64,000 nucleotides of DNA from Camelus dromedarius (GCF_036321535.1 NC_087436.1:67210001-67274000), one strand, 5' to 3'. Positions 25,880 to 39,995 are shown, numbered from the stretch's first letter. The notes: generated by a model from the sequence alone, not told the origin. A program made the numbers and translations.

Positions 25880-28610
25880 AACTAATTGTTGTAAGAAATA
25901 ATACAGAGATACTCATCTACTCTTTATCCAGTTTCCTTCAATGATAACACCTTACGATAGTACAACATCATAACCAGGATATTGACTGTGATACTGTCAA
26001 GATATACATGATTTCCATTACCACAGAATTTCTCAGTCTCATGTTGCCCTTTTATAAGTACACCCACTGGCCCATTTCCATATCATGAACAACCTCTAAT
26101 CTGTTCTCCATTTCTATAATTTTGTCATTTCAAGAATGGAATATATAGTATATGTATGAATTGAATGGGTTCTTAATGCATTTTCTGCTGTTTGATGGAG
26201 GCATTCAATAAATGTCAATTATAGCCTGTAGATTGATGTCATGGCTGATTTTCTGTGTACTTGGTCGATCAATTGTTGAGGGAGAAACGTTGAAATCTCT
26301 AAATATGTTTGTGGATTTGCCTGTTTCTCCCTTTAATTCTATCAGTTTATGCTTCACACATTAGGCAGCTCTCTTGCTTCATACATATTTAGGATCGCTA
26401 TGTCTTCTAGGTGGATTGATGATTTCATTATTATGTAGTGTTCCTTTCTGTGGTAATTTTATTTGCTCTGAGGTCTACTTTATCTGACATTAATATAGCT
26501 AATTTTACTTTCTTTTGATTAATGTTTCATGTTATACATTTTTTTCATCCTTTTATACTCAATGTAGCTATGCCATTAAATTAAATTTGAAATGAGTTTC
26601 CTGTAAACTGTTTATAGTTGGGTGGTGTTTTTTAAATCTGCTCTGTCACTGTTTTCCTTTTCATTGATTTATTTAAACCATTTATATTGAATATAATTAT
26701 TGGCGAGTTAGGGCTTGAGTCTCTCACTTTATTTTTTGTTTTCTGATTGGCCTTGTGTTTTTTGCTTCTCTCTTTTCTGGTTCAAGCTTTTTTCACGTCA
26801 TTTGAAGGTTTTTAGTATTCAGTTTTACTCTGCATACATTGTTTTGGAGCATACATCATTATGTAGATTTTACAGTTGTCACTCTAGATATTACATTATA
26901 AATACAAAACTTATCATGGTCTACTGGTGTTGACATTTTACAAGTTCAGATAAAGATTAGAAACCTTACTTGCTTTTATATCTCCATACTCTCTCATTCA
27001 TAATATAAATTATCTTAAATACTTCTTCACATGCTTTTAGAATCATATCATACATTGTTATAATTCATTTTAACTATCAAACGTAATTTAGAATATTCAG
27101 GTAGAAAAGGTAAGTGTGTGCATTTACCCATTGTTTTTTTCTTTTTCTCCTCTTCTATTTTTCCTTCCTGGTGTCCCAAGACTCCTTGTTTTATTATTCC
27201 CTTTCCACTTCAAGAAATTCCTTTGGCTGTTCTTTTAGGGTAGGTCTTCTAACAACAAACATTCTTGGTTTCCTTCTTCTGAGAACGTCTTTCTTTCTCC
27301 TTCACTCCTGAAGGAAAGTTTTGCTTGTTATAGATCTCCAGATTTACTAGACTATTTTTTCAGCACTTGAAAAATATTGTGCTTACTTTCTTCTGGCCTC
27401 CATGGTTTCTGGTAAAAAAAAAATTCATTTGAATTGTTTTTTTCCCTATAGGTAGTGTATCTTTTCTCACCCTGCTTTCAGTATTTTTTCTCTTTCTTCC
27501 ATTTACAATATTTTTGCTGTAATGTGTCTTCTTATAGATATATTTGGTTTTATTTTTTTGGAATTGGTCATCTTCTTGAATCTCTAGATTTATATATTTT
27601 GCTAAATTTAAGAAGTTTTTACCATTATTTTTTCAAGTACTTTTTCAGCTTCACCCTCTTTCTCCTTTACTCTGCAACTCTGATTTAAAAAAAAAAAAAG
27701 TTGAATCTTTTGTCATAGTCTCTAGGTCCTTGAGAGTGTCTGTTTCTTCCTTCCTTCCTTCCTCCCTCCCTCCCTGCCTTATTTTCTCCCTCACTCCCTC
27801 TCTCCCTTTCTTTCTTTCCAATATACTTCTATTTTTCAAATTGGGAAGTTTCTATTATTCTATTTTCAAGTTTACTAATCCTTTCCTCTTTCCCCTTCAT
27901 TCTGCTATTGACACAATAGCTGAGTTTTGAGTTGTTATTCTATTTTTCAGTTCTGAAATATTCCATTTGGTTCTTCTTTGTATTGTAGGTAGAAGTAGAA
28001 ATCTAAGTTCCCCGCTAAGCATCTGTTATCACTTAAGGGGAGTAAGAGCTTTTCATTATTGCTGCTGGGGGTGGAATTTCTGAATGTCCACTAGGTGTCT
28101 GATGATAACACCCTGACTGTAAATAGTGGAAATATCTAGCTAGGGCTCTCTAGGTCTCTATTGACATCCTCTATGGGGATGGGGGCAACTACATACACTC
28201 TGGATGGTGATGAAGTTCATGACTCTCCAATAGGCTTCCACTGACACTACTCCAGTGGGTATGGAATGGTGACTGTGTTGCTTCCTAGTAAGCTTGCAAA
28301 TTTAGGCTCCTATGCAGTTTCTATGGGTATGACAAGTTGGTGAGTTAACCTCTTTTCTCTTCCTTAGTGTGAAAGTTTATGCTCCTCACTTAGCATCCAC
28401 TGGTGTGAGTGGGAATGGAACCACATTATTTTTCTGTGGGGTTAGTTTCACATAGACCAGGTGTTATCTAAATGTTTTCTTTTTTACTAGGCTGCCTGTT
28501 CCTGGTCCTTTGGCATAGGCTGTGCTTGCTGGCATTTCAAGTTTGTTGACTTCTTCAGCTCCAAGTCCAGGATATATGGAATGTAAGTAAAAAGTAAAAA
28601 GAAAAAAGAA
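25880..28610 (-). mobile_element. Old L1 (L1MC/L1MD-like): 3' terminus joined to ORF2-EN, ORF1 and 5' UTR remnants
   Basis: The 3' end (gtaagaaataatacagagat...aaccaggatattgac) is followed at about 26170 by antisense endonuclease-domain sequence (gttgaaatctctaaatatgtttgtggatttg), then ORF1-like and 5' UTR-like antisense sequence. Confidence 0.75.
27742..27817 (+). repeat. (TTCC/CCCT)n pyrimidine tract
   Basis: Read directly. Confidence 0.85.
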
Positions 28611-30963
28611 AATTTACTAATTTGTGTAGTCTAATTTAAGACATTCATGGAAGTTGATATTAAATAGTCAAGAGAGACTACTCTTTGTATTATGCCCATG
28701 GATAAATGCCTGGATTTTGGTTATTATTTGCAATAATTAGGATACCACAAAGATTGTAGAGAGTCATATTTAAGACATTTCTACTCATTTTCTTTTTTAT
28801 TTTTTCAGAAAGGTCTGGAAAAAATAAAGAAACACAAATACATGACTTAAAAGATATGTGCACACACAAAAGATATTCTTACTAAATACCCCTACGGCGA
28901 CAAGAGACATCCCTACTATATTCCAATTATAATATGCAATCATTATCCTACATTTTCAGACATTTAAATATTGTATAAATTAAAAAAAAACCTACTATCA
29001 CTTTAAAAAAGATATATCTGTTTGTTCTGAAGGTCTTAATGATATAACACTTCCTCTTCTAACCAGTAGAATTGCTCTGTGTACTAGCTGAAAGCCTTTT
29101 GAACTGACAATCCTTTGTGCACTCAAATTCTCAATACTGAAACCAGTGGTAATACCCATGCTTAACTTCGTGGAGAACAAAGAGCAGATTATAACAAGAT
29201 TTCCTTTGTATAATAATTGAAAAGTAGAGGAAAAAATACTGTATTGACAAGAGATTTAGGGCATATTTTATACTTTCATCTGTTTTAAGGCAAATCTATT
29301 AAGGAATGCTTTGATATATTTGTGCAAACAAAGGGGTTTATAATTATATGCAAAGTGTTTTATTTGAAGATAATAATTTAAGAATGGCCAATATACCTTC
29401 TTATTTGTAGCAGAGGAGGTACTATTAAGTTAAATATTTCATCTAGTAGAAGTAGTAAATAGTGGTATTTCTTTACAAACCTTGAATTTCTAGGTGACTT
29501 TATATCTATATGCTGCACATGTTTTTTGTTTTGTAAAGAAATGATATCACACTTATGTTTTCAAATATTATATTATTGAGGCATGTTTCACTACAATCTA
29601 AATTGTCATGAACAGCAACCAATTTTTTGATAACTGAAATAGATCTTATATAATGCAATTTACACTTTTCACATGATAGAAATAAAAATATATTTACATT
29701 CGCACAGGGTGTCAATATATAGTTAATCATTTTTGCCATACTATGCTCTTGACTCTCAAAAAGATGGGCCATCATTGTGCTGCATATGTAGCTATATATA
29801 TATTTAAAACTTACTGATGCTAAATCTAACATATAAGGGGAAATTCAACTCCTAGGTACTGTCAGAACTAGGAAAAATGTGTTCCTGAACAGTGACCATC
29901 TGTCAAATGAAACAGTACTAAAGTAGTGTGTGGTACTCACATGATAGGATCTCATTTACTGAAATTGAACTGGGAACACTGCATGCATTTCACATAAGGA
30001 AGGATTTCAGTTTGACCATGGAGAGACATATAAAACAAAAAAAACTCACTCTCTTGTGGTTACATTGCTTGTATTGTCACCATTATCCTACTAAGACATT
30101 AAATGAGAAAAAAAATTACAGGGATGCAGGGAATCGTACAACTCTTCATACATATAAACATATTTGTTTGATTTACATATAACTTCTACTGAATTATTTT
30201 GTTTGTGATAAGCTGGAAGAAACATCTTATAGTCAGATTCACTGTAACACACAGTAAATTCAGGAATGTAAGAAATTCTTTGAAACCAATAGAACCACAC
30301 CGACTTTCTCCCATGTCAGTGGTGCAATATATAGTCTGATTTTTACCCCTTCAGCTTTATCTTCATTCTCTATCAGCTGAATTATTTAGATGAATTCTGT
30401 GCCCTCTGTATGCCAAATGTATTTTGGTCTCTCTGCTATTTAACATTGGCTTCCTGCAGAGAAAGTATTTGAAGTCTTAATGCTTTTTTCATTTGTATAC
30501 ATAAAACAGAACTTGTTTTGTTTCTCCTTTGTCCAAATATAGAGATAGTTAAATAATTTTTTCTTCCTAAATTAATGTTATGTAAATGCAGTTATGACAA
30601 TTGGTTATAGGCCAAGCCAACTAGAAGAAAATTAAGAACAAATTATTTGATATAGCTACTCTCTTATAAAATAGTTTTCAATGTATGCTTTATCTATGTG
30701 ATGTAGTAGCCTGTATGTTTTGCCTTATGTGTTGGTTCTTACTTAGAATTCATGACCATTGTTTTATTGCCAGAGGTTTTTTAGCAAAGGGTTGAAATAT
30801 TGTTTAATTTCATTCCTCTGACTTTATGTTTTGATACCCGCACATACAAAGCCCACACATTCTTTGGTACTTTTGGTCTTATCACTGACATTTCCTTCAA
30901 TTCCATTTTTCCAAGGCTTTTGTAGTAGCTCCAGTTTATTCAGAATATTAATTTGCTGCTGTT

Positions 30964-31040
30964 ATTTTTTTTTGTTTGTGTGTATTTATTGAAGTACAGT
31001 CAGTTTACAACGTTGTGTCAATTTGTAGTGTACAGCACAA
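30964..31040 (-). mobile_element. Ultra-short L1 3'-tail insertion
   Basis: ttattgaagtacagtcagtttacaacgttgtgtcaattt matches the 3' end of the L1 at 21040-21080; TSD tgctgc[t/a]gtt at 30954-30963 and 31041-31050. Confidence 0.85.
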
Positions 31041-31379
31041 TGCTGCAGTTGTTGATACTCATTCTAAAGAGTACACTAACACATTCTCCATTGGAAATAT
31101 ATTGTTTTTTCTTCCACTAAAGTTCAACACTGGTTGTAAGTGACTTGCTACCACACTTAAAACTATAGTTCCTTCTTCAGTTAAAATTTAAAAGTCTTTG
31201 ATTTGGCTCTTATCAACACATCTACCTGGTATCCAGTATCATGTCTGGCACAATGTGGACAGAAATAATAAACTAACAAATAAATGAATGTTACCTCATC
31301 AAAAGACAAATTAGGTGAATTTTAATCTTTCACTTTTCTTTTAATAACCTGATGTAAAAACAATTCTTTAGTATTACTG

Positions 31380-31895
31380 CTGATCATCTCAGCTTCACCA
31401 GCCTCTTGCTCCAGCTGGGAGGGAGTACTGACTGATCTCACCTGCACTTCTGGCTTCTGCATACAACTCTGATTTGCAAGCTGGGGACTGCACTGGTGAT
31501 GCTGTCCATGATGCTCTGGTCTTTACCTATAGAAGAATAGCCCATGCATGTGTAGCCCGGACATGCACAACCCTGAAAGGTTAGGGAAATTAAAACCCCA
31601 AGAGGAGCTGAACTTTGACCAATGTGATAAAAGACCAGTAGATAAATTATTCCCCTTTTCTATCCCTTACAGATAGTTGTAACACACAATTTATATGGTT
31701 CCTCAGGGGCATGGTCCCACAGAACAATCAGTCACAGAGTGGCAGAGGACAGCTTGTAATATATCTTTTCAAGGACTGTCTCTCTTTTCTTTGTTTTCCT
31801 TATCCTGTAGTCATGAGACTGCACTATGTAAAAACAGTGCACATAGTTAGCTCCACATCCATGGCTCTGCTTCTAGGGAATCCAGGCTAAGTGAA
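31380..31895 (+). mobile_element. LTR16/LTR33-like ERVL solo LTR
   Basis: gggaaattaaaaccccaag...ttgaccaatg...gataaattattcccct; 3' end ggctctgcttctagggaatccaggctaag. Confidence 0.7.
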
Positions 31896-32470
31896 CTCAT
31901 CTCAAACCAACCAACAATTTCTCTGTGCTTCTTACCTTTTTAGGGTTTTCACTGTTATTATAGAGACCTATTTAAGTTACAGATATACTCTTCATTACAT
32001 CAAAATGGTAGTTAATTAATTCATTTATTAATCAAAATGTTTGTCCTTAACTATACTAAATCATAGAAAATGTAACATAAAAAGACATTCCTCAGATTAG
32101 GGAGAAGGGAAAAACACGCAGACAAAACAAAGACAATGCCTTACAGAGCAACTACAATGAGATAGAATGGCTGAGATAGTCAAAGTCCCACAACTGTTAA
32201 AAATAAGAACCAAAATTAAGTGCAAATAGGAGAACATGTATTTAGTATTTTTAAAGTATCAGATTAGTATTCCTGGTCTCTCTACCCTTTGCCTCAGTGA
32301 CAGTTGGTTTAAGGTTTCTGTCCATGGGACAGTGGGAGAAGAAACTGGGTACACGTGACTCATTGTCTCCCTGAACTATCTGCTGTCAGAGTATTTATGT
32401 GGTAAGCATAGATGGGAAAATTATTTCCTAGGTAGGAGAGGCCATGGTTTCCACTGAAGCCTGCTATTGT

Positions 32471-32943
32471 TGTGTAGACTGCATTAATGGGCCTATTCTT
32501 CATTTCTCCCCTCAAATAACACCCTCTGACATGTGACTTTGTAGTGCTTTTTACCAGTGAGGCAAAGTATTTCATAGCCCTTTGATTCTGAGTTCAGACA
32601 AGTGATGTGCTTTGGCAGAAGGGATGTTAGCATATGTGGTCCACGTATAGGCTTGAAAAAGCATATGTTTCCACTCTCACTCTTGTCCTCTTGTCACCAT
32701 TATGATCACAGGAATGAGTTAATGTGCAATAGGATGAGATCAGGTGGCCCAGTAACCCTTGTTATCCCAGTTGACAGTCTGCTAAAATCCAAAAACATAG
32801 GTGAGCACAATTAAAGCCAGAAGAGCCACCCAGCCTGAATGCTGAACCACAGTCTTGTGAGATAAATAGATGCTCATTGGTTTAGGCCACTTTTTGTGGT
32901 GATTTGTTTTGCAGCATTATTGTGGCAGTAGATATCTGATGCA
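32471..32943 (+). mobile_element. MLT1 (MaLR) 5' LTR
   Basis: acatgtgactttgtag...ccctttgattctgagttcagacaagtgatgtgctttggc; end ttgttttgcagcattattgtggcagtagatatctgatgca. Confidence 0.85.
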
Positions 32944-33750
32944 GAAATTGGTTCCAGGAGTGGAATATTACCAAAAAGGACCCTAAAATGTGTGGCACTG
33001 GATTGGGGGCTGGATGATGGCAGAAAAGAAGTGTTAGTAGAGACTGGAAAAGTAGTGAGGACATTGTTAGAGCAGTGTGGAAAAAATGAAAAGGAAACCT
33101 CTGAAACGGTCTGAAAAAGTGGCCACCTGTACTGTATCTTTCTAATCATTTGATAAAAATGTTGCCTCAGGGGACTTGACTTTTTATTTCAATGATACTA
33201 AAATTCTTTTGGATTTGGGAAGAATTGTCTAAGTAAAATATTGAAAGTATATATTTATTTATTTTAGCTGTTTGTGAAAAAAATGTATGAAACAAAAAAT
33301 AACTAGACACTTTGGATTCTAAGAGAATGCCTAGATACTGGAATTTGCTTGGTTGGAAAATAAACCTATTTCTTTCATCTAGTGAGTCAGAGATTCTAAA
33401 AGTAAGACAATGTCAGGATAAAGATTGAATCAGTAGCATGATTATGAGATCCTTTAAGACCTCTTAATGAATTAAGGTATTACCTAGTGGATATTCTTAG
33501 CTTGACGAAAGTGTTTTTAGGGAATTCAAAGTCATGAATTAAAAAGTCTGAACTATGAGCTAACCTGCTAGTGAGAGGCATTTATCAAAAACTGCTATTT
33601 GTGTGATTTTGAAGCATGGATGAAATATAATCAAATACATAGAAAACCTACAAAGATATTAGAAGAGCTGTATTTATAAAATCTCTGCCAACATGTGACT
33701 GATTGTTCAAACTGCAAAATTTTACCTCTGAACCTTCAACTTCCTGTAGG
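32944..33750 (+). mobile_element. MLT1 internal region (partial)
   Basis: Starts immediately after the LTR with the typical MaLR-int gaaattggttccaggagtgg...cctaaaatgtgtggcactggattggg. Confidence 0.75.
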
Positions 33751-33995
33751 AAACTAGAATTTGAAAGTTGCTTTAGATAGGTATTTTACTTATTAATTTG
33801 TTGCTCCACTTACATATACTGGAATGAGGAATCTATCTAGTACCTAGAATCTATCTAGTATATAGTTTTCTTTCTTCAAACTCTGGATATGTAGCTTTTC
33901 CTTAGATTTAGTGATTATTGGTGTTTCAATACAAGCTAAAATAATTAAGGCTAATATTCCCATATTTAAGGAACAGGTAAAGTGCAATGACATAC

Positions 33996-34193
33996 CAGAA
34001 TTTCAGCAATTTTTTCTGTTAAGAGTCAGATTGTAGATAGTTTAGGCTTTGAAGGGCATATGGTCCTTGTCACCACTGCTCAACTCTGTCATTGTAGCTA
34101 TACATGTCATAGACAATGTGTAGATTAAGAGCATGGTTATGTTACCATAAAACTTTATCTATTGACTTATGAACTATGGTTTGCTGAATTCTG
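33996..34193. mobile_element. MER58A-like hAT-Charlie MITE
   Basis: TIRs cagaatttcagcaa/ttgctgaattctg; internal ttaggctttgaagggcatatggtc...ctcaactctgtcattgtagc...ccataaaactttat. Confidence 0.85.
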
Positions 34194-35189
34194 ATTTAAC
34201 TAAAAATACAGAAATTGAGAATAAAAGCACATTTGATATATAATAGCAGTCTATTACTTTTGCAATGAAGTGCTCATGTAACTTGAATCAAGTAAATACG
34301 AAATTCTGAGCAAACTTGTATTTGAGTATTTGTAGAATTCCTCCGTAAAATCTTGATCTGATGTAGACTGAGATTTACAACATGGTTTATAAGACCTATG
34401 AGGATTTCATCTAGTGTGGCTGCTGAATACTGAGCTTAAATGCACTCTTACCAATATTGTTTTTGTAACATTTTAGTTTGAAAATTTCTATCTTCTTAAA
34501 TAAGATGTGTCATCAAGTGTACATCTATACACCACAAATTTAAATTATGGGAACTGAAATCTCAAAGTATATGTTATTGAACATATTGAGACAGAAAATC
34601 CTTTGTTCATTTTAAGAGATAATATATGTGGATTAGAGAAAGCTAATCAATTTCAAGTTGGTACTAATTTGAATTCTTCCAAGCATAATGTATTTTGTTT
34701 CAAGTAAGAAAAAAGGCCATCTGTCAAATGTCTTTCTCAGTGTAATATCATTAATATTGTAATCAGAGATTTCATATCAGTATCACATATGTATTGGTGA
34801 CTGACTTGATTTTTGGTATGAACATGAATTTCATTTTTTCTGGATTTTCATTTTAGGAAAAGTTGGGGAAAATATAAGAAAAAGTGAATTATAAGCAGAA
34901 TACTATTTTAGACTAAAAATTGTATTTGTGTTTTAGATATAAGAATATATATTTTATTAAAAAATTGCTTTAAATTTTTGTATTCATGTATTTTAAAAAC
35001 CTATTTAAAATGCTACTCTTTTTTTGGGCAGAATTTTTTTTAAAAAATGGAAGTTTTCTTAACAATTATCAATCAATTATTTGCTCCCAGTCTGGATTAG
35101 AAGAAGAGAGTTAGATATTCAGAGATACATATCCTATGATCAACTGACAATTTCCCCCTTACTTTGTTTTTTCTGTCCATATTGATCAA

Positions 35190-35720
35190 CTTAGTCATTC
35201 AATCATGTAATTTAATATTACTTGAGAACCTACCATGTGCTGTATGTTGTGCTACTGACAAGATAGATTGATTCTTTGAACTCACAGAGATTACAATCTA
35301 CCAGCTGAGGCAAATTTTATACAAATCAATTTGAATATGGAATGAAGGAACATACCATATATAATAAAAACATAGAACTAGGAACTAGATTTTTTTTATG
35401 GCCAGCAAAGGAAAGCCCTTCTAAATAAGTTCATTTTCTGCCTAGATCTGAAGAATGAGCAGGAATTAGGCAGTTAAGAGATTGTCTGAATAGCATTTCT
35501 AGCAGAGGAAAGAACATAATGCAAAGGACCTATGGAAAAGAAAATCTGGTATAATTCAGGTAATGAAAGAAATTCATTGTGGCCAAAACATGATAATACA
35601 AAGTGAGACTATTAGAAAGTAAGGCTAGAAAGTTAAATCACAGTTAATTATTGTGGATGTTGTCATGTTTTAATATTGTTGGTCTTCAGCCTATGAAACT
35701 GGGTATGCATCAAAAGGATG
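35190..35720 (-). mobile_element. L2 3' region
   Basis: tcattcaatc...ttgagaacctaccatgtgc...ctagatctgaagaatgagcaggaattaggcag...tctagcagaggaaagaacataatgcaaagg. Confidence 0.8.
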
Positions 35721-35724
35721 TAAT

Positions 35725-36260
35725 CGGTTTCTTATTAGTGCTGTATAATATTCCATTATCTTAATATACCACAGTTTATTTGTTTACCTGCAGAAGGACA
35801 TCTTGGTTGCTTCCAGGTTTTGTCAATTTATAAATAAAGTTTTTGTAAATACTCATGTTGAAGTTTTCGTGTAGAAGTAAATTTTCAGTTCCTTTGGGTA
35901 AATATCAAGGAGTATGATTGCCTGATTATATGATAAGCTTATATTTAGTTTGGTAAGAATCACCAGGCTGTTTTCCAAAGTGGCTGTATCATTGCATTCC
36001 CACTAGCAGTTCATGAATTCTTTTTGATCCACAGCTTGTCAGCATTTAGTATTGTCAGTATTCCAGATTTTGTCCATTGTAATTGGCATTTAGTGGTGTC
36101 ACACTGTTGTTTTTATTTGCAATTCCCTCGATAACATGATGTGGACCATCTTCTCATGTGATTTTTGCTATTTTTATATCTTGTTTGGCGAGGTGTCTGT
36201 TAGTCTTTTGCCCTTTTTAATTGTTTGTTCTCTTATTGTTAAGAGTTCTTTGTACACAGT
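35725..36260 (-). mobile_element. Old L1M ORF2 3' fragment
   Basis: Antisense ORF2 end (aaggacatcttggttgcttccagg; ttttccaaagtggctgtatcattgcattcccactagcag). Confidence 0.85.
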
Positions 36261-37324
36261 AAGTTTCTTTATTTAAAACTTTCTTTATGTGTTTTTTTTT
36301 CCCTAAAAACATATCAAAAGTGAATATTAAGAGATTGTTATTTACTAGGGGAAATAAGTAATGTCACATATTCTGTTAGTGCTAATGCAAGTGAAAGAAT
36401 TATATATTTGAGAAATGTGTAAGTGATACAGTGAACAGAATTTGTGGTTTGAGTGAAGCAGTGGATGGTAAAGAACAGGAGATTGTTGATAGAAGCCACA
36501 GCCTAATGCTAGTTACTGAAAAAGGAAACTTTGAAATTCCTAACAGTGAAGCAAGAGCCGTTTCCTTTCTCTTAGTTATAAAACAAAGTGTCCTCACTCT
36601 CGGGATTCTTCCTTTCACATACACTTGCTGAACTTAAGAGAGAATATGGCACTGTTCTGTGGGTGTGTAGCAGAGTGTCACTGTAGTGTGGAGTATCATC
36701 TCTATTCCACCATCCAGGCACATCAGCTTCACAAAGAATGGCATCCTCAGTTGGAATGGGATCCTCTGAGCCATGACAGTGACAAATAGTGACAGAGGCA
36801 TTCTTCTGTTTCTTCCTTTCTTCAGTCATTTTTTAGTAGCACAATCTCAAAAGTAGTGTAATTTCTTTTTTTTTTTTTTCTTTTCTAAGCCAGACTGTGG
36901 AGTCAGCCAATGCATGACAGTGCTCTAGGATCACTACATATGTGTGAGATGGGAGGGAAGAAAGTCATGTAGCACTTTACAAATGCAGATTGGTTTATTT
37001 ATGGCATAAATAAACTTTTTAAAAGGTACTTTGTAAGTAAGTGGGAATATTCAATGATCCATATTAGTGAATAAAGGGCTAAAAAAGCCCTGTGATAACA
37101 TTTACCATGAATTCTAAGGTAACACTTTAAAAATCATTAACAATAATTATTAACAGATGCAAAATAAAATGACACTAATTATTTTAGAAAGAAAAATTGT
37201 ATGTTTTTATGTATTTGAATAACTCAAGAGTGAACATTTCATTATAGAATTTTTTTAAGACTGAAACAATAATTCATTTATTTCCAGTGCCTTCTGGGGA
37301 GATTATAAAAATCATTTAGTAAAC

Positions 37325-37545
37325 CCTTACTAGGCCCTGGTTAAGCATTTTACATATATTAACTTACTTAATGCCCATAAATTATGAAGCTGGCATGATT
37401 GGTCTCACTATTGTATATGTGGGAAGCTGATACACTGACAGTGAGTCTAAATTGCCAGAGGATACCCAGGCAGTAATTGGAGAAGCTTGAATCAGAGCCC
37501 AAGTAACCTGAGTTAAAGTCCTCACTTATCCATCAAGCCATACAC
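37325..37545 (-). mobile_element. MIR SINE
   Basis: ggttaagcattttacatatattaacttacttaat...tatatgtgggaagctga...aaattgccagaggatacccaggcagtaa. Confidence 0.7.
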
Positions 37546-37813
37546 AACAGAGAACTCAGGTTTCATATTCATGGTCAGAATAGATTTGATTTTTTTTAAA
37601 TCCTAAATTTAATTGCATCAGGTTTTCTCTAACAATAGAGCAGGACTCAGACACACTGTAAGTATTGTCTCTAGAAATTACTCTAGGATGAGTGTTCTAT
37701 TTTACTGGTTTTGTGAACTTGCTTTGTCTGTCTCTGGATGCCTTCCCATTGTTTTCCACAAATTATTCTCCCTTTTGTATGGTCTCTTGGAATGGTGCTT
37801 TTCTCAGGCTACA

Positions 37814-38394
37814 TGTGGTTGGTCCCAGTACCACTGTCAGTTTCAGTGATTTGGTGGAACTCAAAGAATTCAGAAAAGCTGTGATACACATGGCGATTGC
37901 TTATTACAGCAAATGAATACAGATTCAAGTCAGCAAGGAAAAAAGATGCAGGGAGCCAGATCTATGAGAGGCCAAACACAAGCGTCCGGTTTTCTTCTCT
38001 CACGGGAGTTGCATGGATGACACTTAATTCTCCCAGAAGTGATGTGTGCATGTGGAGTACTGCCAACCAGGGAAGCTCACCTGAGAGTAGGTATCCAGGG
38101 GTTTTATTGGTGGTTGGTCACATAGACATGAATGAAGCACCTGTGTGACTGCCCATGGTTACACAGTCTCCAACCCCTTCAGAGATCAAGTGGATACCAC
38201 ATGGCTCAAGGTGATGAGTCATATATTTAGCCTAAACTCTTTTGTGTGGCCAAAGGCCCCAGGTGTAAAAATGCCTTTGTCAGGCAAGATATCAATAGAG
38301 CTTAAAGTTATCTCCCAGAAGCCAATCAAAGGTCAATTTGGAATGTGCACAATTAGGACACCCAAAACTTGATGAGTTAACATTGCACTGCACA
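37814..38394 (-). mobile_element. MER21-family solo LTR
   Basis: ttattacagcaaatgaatacagattcaagtcagcaagg...tgccaaccagggaagctcacctgag...ccagggggttttattgg (antisense AATAAA); TG...CA ends. Confidence 0.75.
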
Positions 38395-38849
38395 GAATGT
38401 CTGCTTTGTTATTGTCTACAAAGTGGATCCCTGGATACCTACAGTCTCTTGTGGTTCAATATTATGTACTATTTATAAGCTATTCTCAACTCCACTCTTT
38501 TACAGTCCTTGCTCAAAGAACCCTTGGCTCTGTAGAAGGACAATTATACTGGTATAATCATTCCTCCTTCATTTTTATGTCTGTGAAATCAAGAAAAATA
38601 AGAATATGTTACTTTGCAGAAATGTTGAAAAACTATAAACAAATGAATTTTTATAAATTGAATCACATTTGTAAAACTTCTGGATATTTATGCTCACCTC
38701 CACCATATTTTTTTTTCAAATTAAGTTTTTACATGACTAACTGCTCTTAATTTGCCTTGAACTTTCCAAGATTGATATATTTGGAAAAAAATTTGCTCAT
38801 CTCATTCTCTATTTTTTTTTAAAGTTGAAGTATTCATAATAATGTTATT

Positions 38850-39995
38850 TGCATTTTTACTGCAGTGAAACATACATAACATAAAACTTACCATTTTATG
38901 CATAAACATGTTATGTTTAAGCATACAATTTAGTTGCATTAAGTACATTTATATTGTTGTTCAGCCATTACTGTTATCCATGTCCAGAAATTTTTCATCT
39001 TCCCAAACTGAAATTCTGTACACATTGAGTAATAATTTCCCATTTTCCAGGGTAACTGCTATTCTTCTTTCTGACTGTGAGTTTGACTACTGTAGGTGCC
39101 TCATCTAAGTAAAATCAAGCAGTATCTGTCCTTTGTGTTTGCCTTACTTCACTTAACATGGTAATTTTAAGGTTCATACATATTGGAACTTGTATAAGAA
39201 TTTCATTCTTTTCTAAGTCTGCAGATTATTCCATTGTGTATATATTCCACATATTTTTATCCATTTATTGTCATTGGGTATTTGGGTTGTTTTTATGTTT
39301 TGGCTATTATAAGTAAAACTGCTGTAAACATTGGTGCAAGCCCCTGCTTTCAGTTCTTTTGGGTATATACCTAGAGGTGGAATTGCCGAGTCATATAGTA
39401 ATTTTGTGTCTAATTTTTTGAGAACCTACCATGTAATGTTCTATAACAACTGCACCATTTTACATTCTCACCAGCAATGCACAAACATTCCAGTTTTTCC
39501 TCATCCTTACCAACATTTTTATTTTTCTGTTTTCTTGGTAATAGTTATCCTAAAGAACATAAAATGTTACCTCATTGTGGTTTTGATTTGCATTTCCCAA
39601 AGATTAGTGGTGTTAAGCATCTTTTCATGTGTTTATTGGCCATTAGTAAATATTCCTTGGAGAAGTGTCTATTCAAATCCCTTGTCCCCTTTTAAATTGG
39701 GTTTTGATGTTGTTGTGTTGTTGTTGTTGACTTGTAGGAGTTCTTTTTATATTCTGGATATAAATTTTTAACAGCTATATGATTTGCAGATATTTTCTCC
39801 CATTCTATGGGCTGCCTGTTTACTCTCTTGATAGTGTCCTTTGATGCACAGTTTTTTTTTATTTTTACAAAGTACTATTTCTGTATTTTCTTTTTTGCCC
39901 ATTCTTTTAGTGCCATAACCAAGAAACCATTGCCAAATCCAATGTCATGAAGATTTTCTATATATTTTCTTCTAAAAATTTTATAGTGTTAGTTT
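38850..39995 (-). mobile_element. L1MB-like 3' portion
   Basis: 3' UTR (gcattaagtacatttatattgttgttcagcc...tcccaaactgaaattctgtac) and antisense ORF2 end. Confidence 0.85.

Noticed and set aside
28790..28850. Strong plus-strand splice acceptor (ttttttcag)
   Set aside because: I found no convincing donor or open frame, and T-rich tracts are ubiquitous in this window.
37613..38750. Chain of consecutive plus-strand ORFs that looks operon-like
   Set aside because: They mostly overlap a MER21-type LTR in antisense, and the peptides have no recognisable domains.
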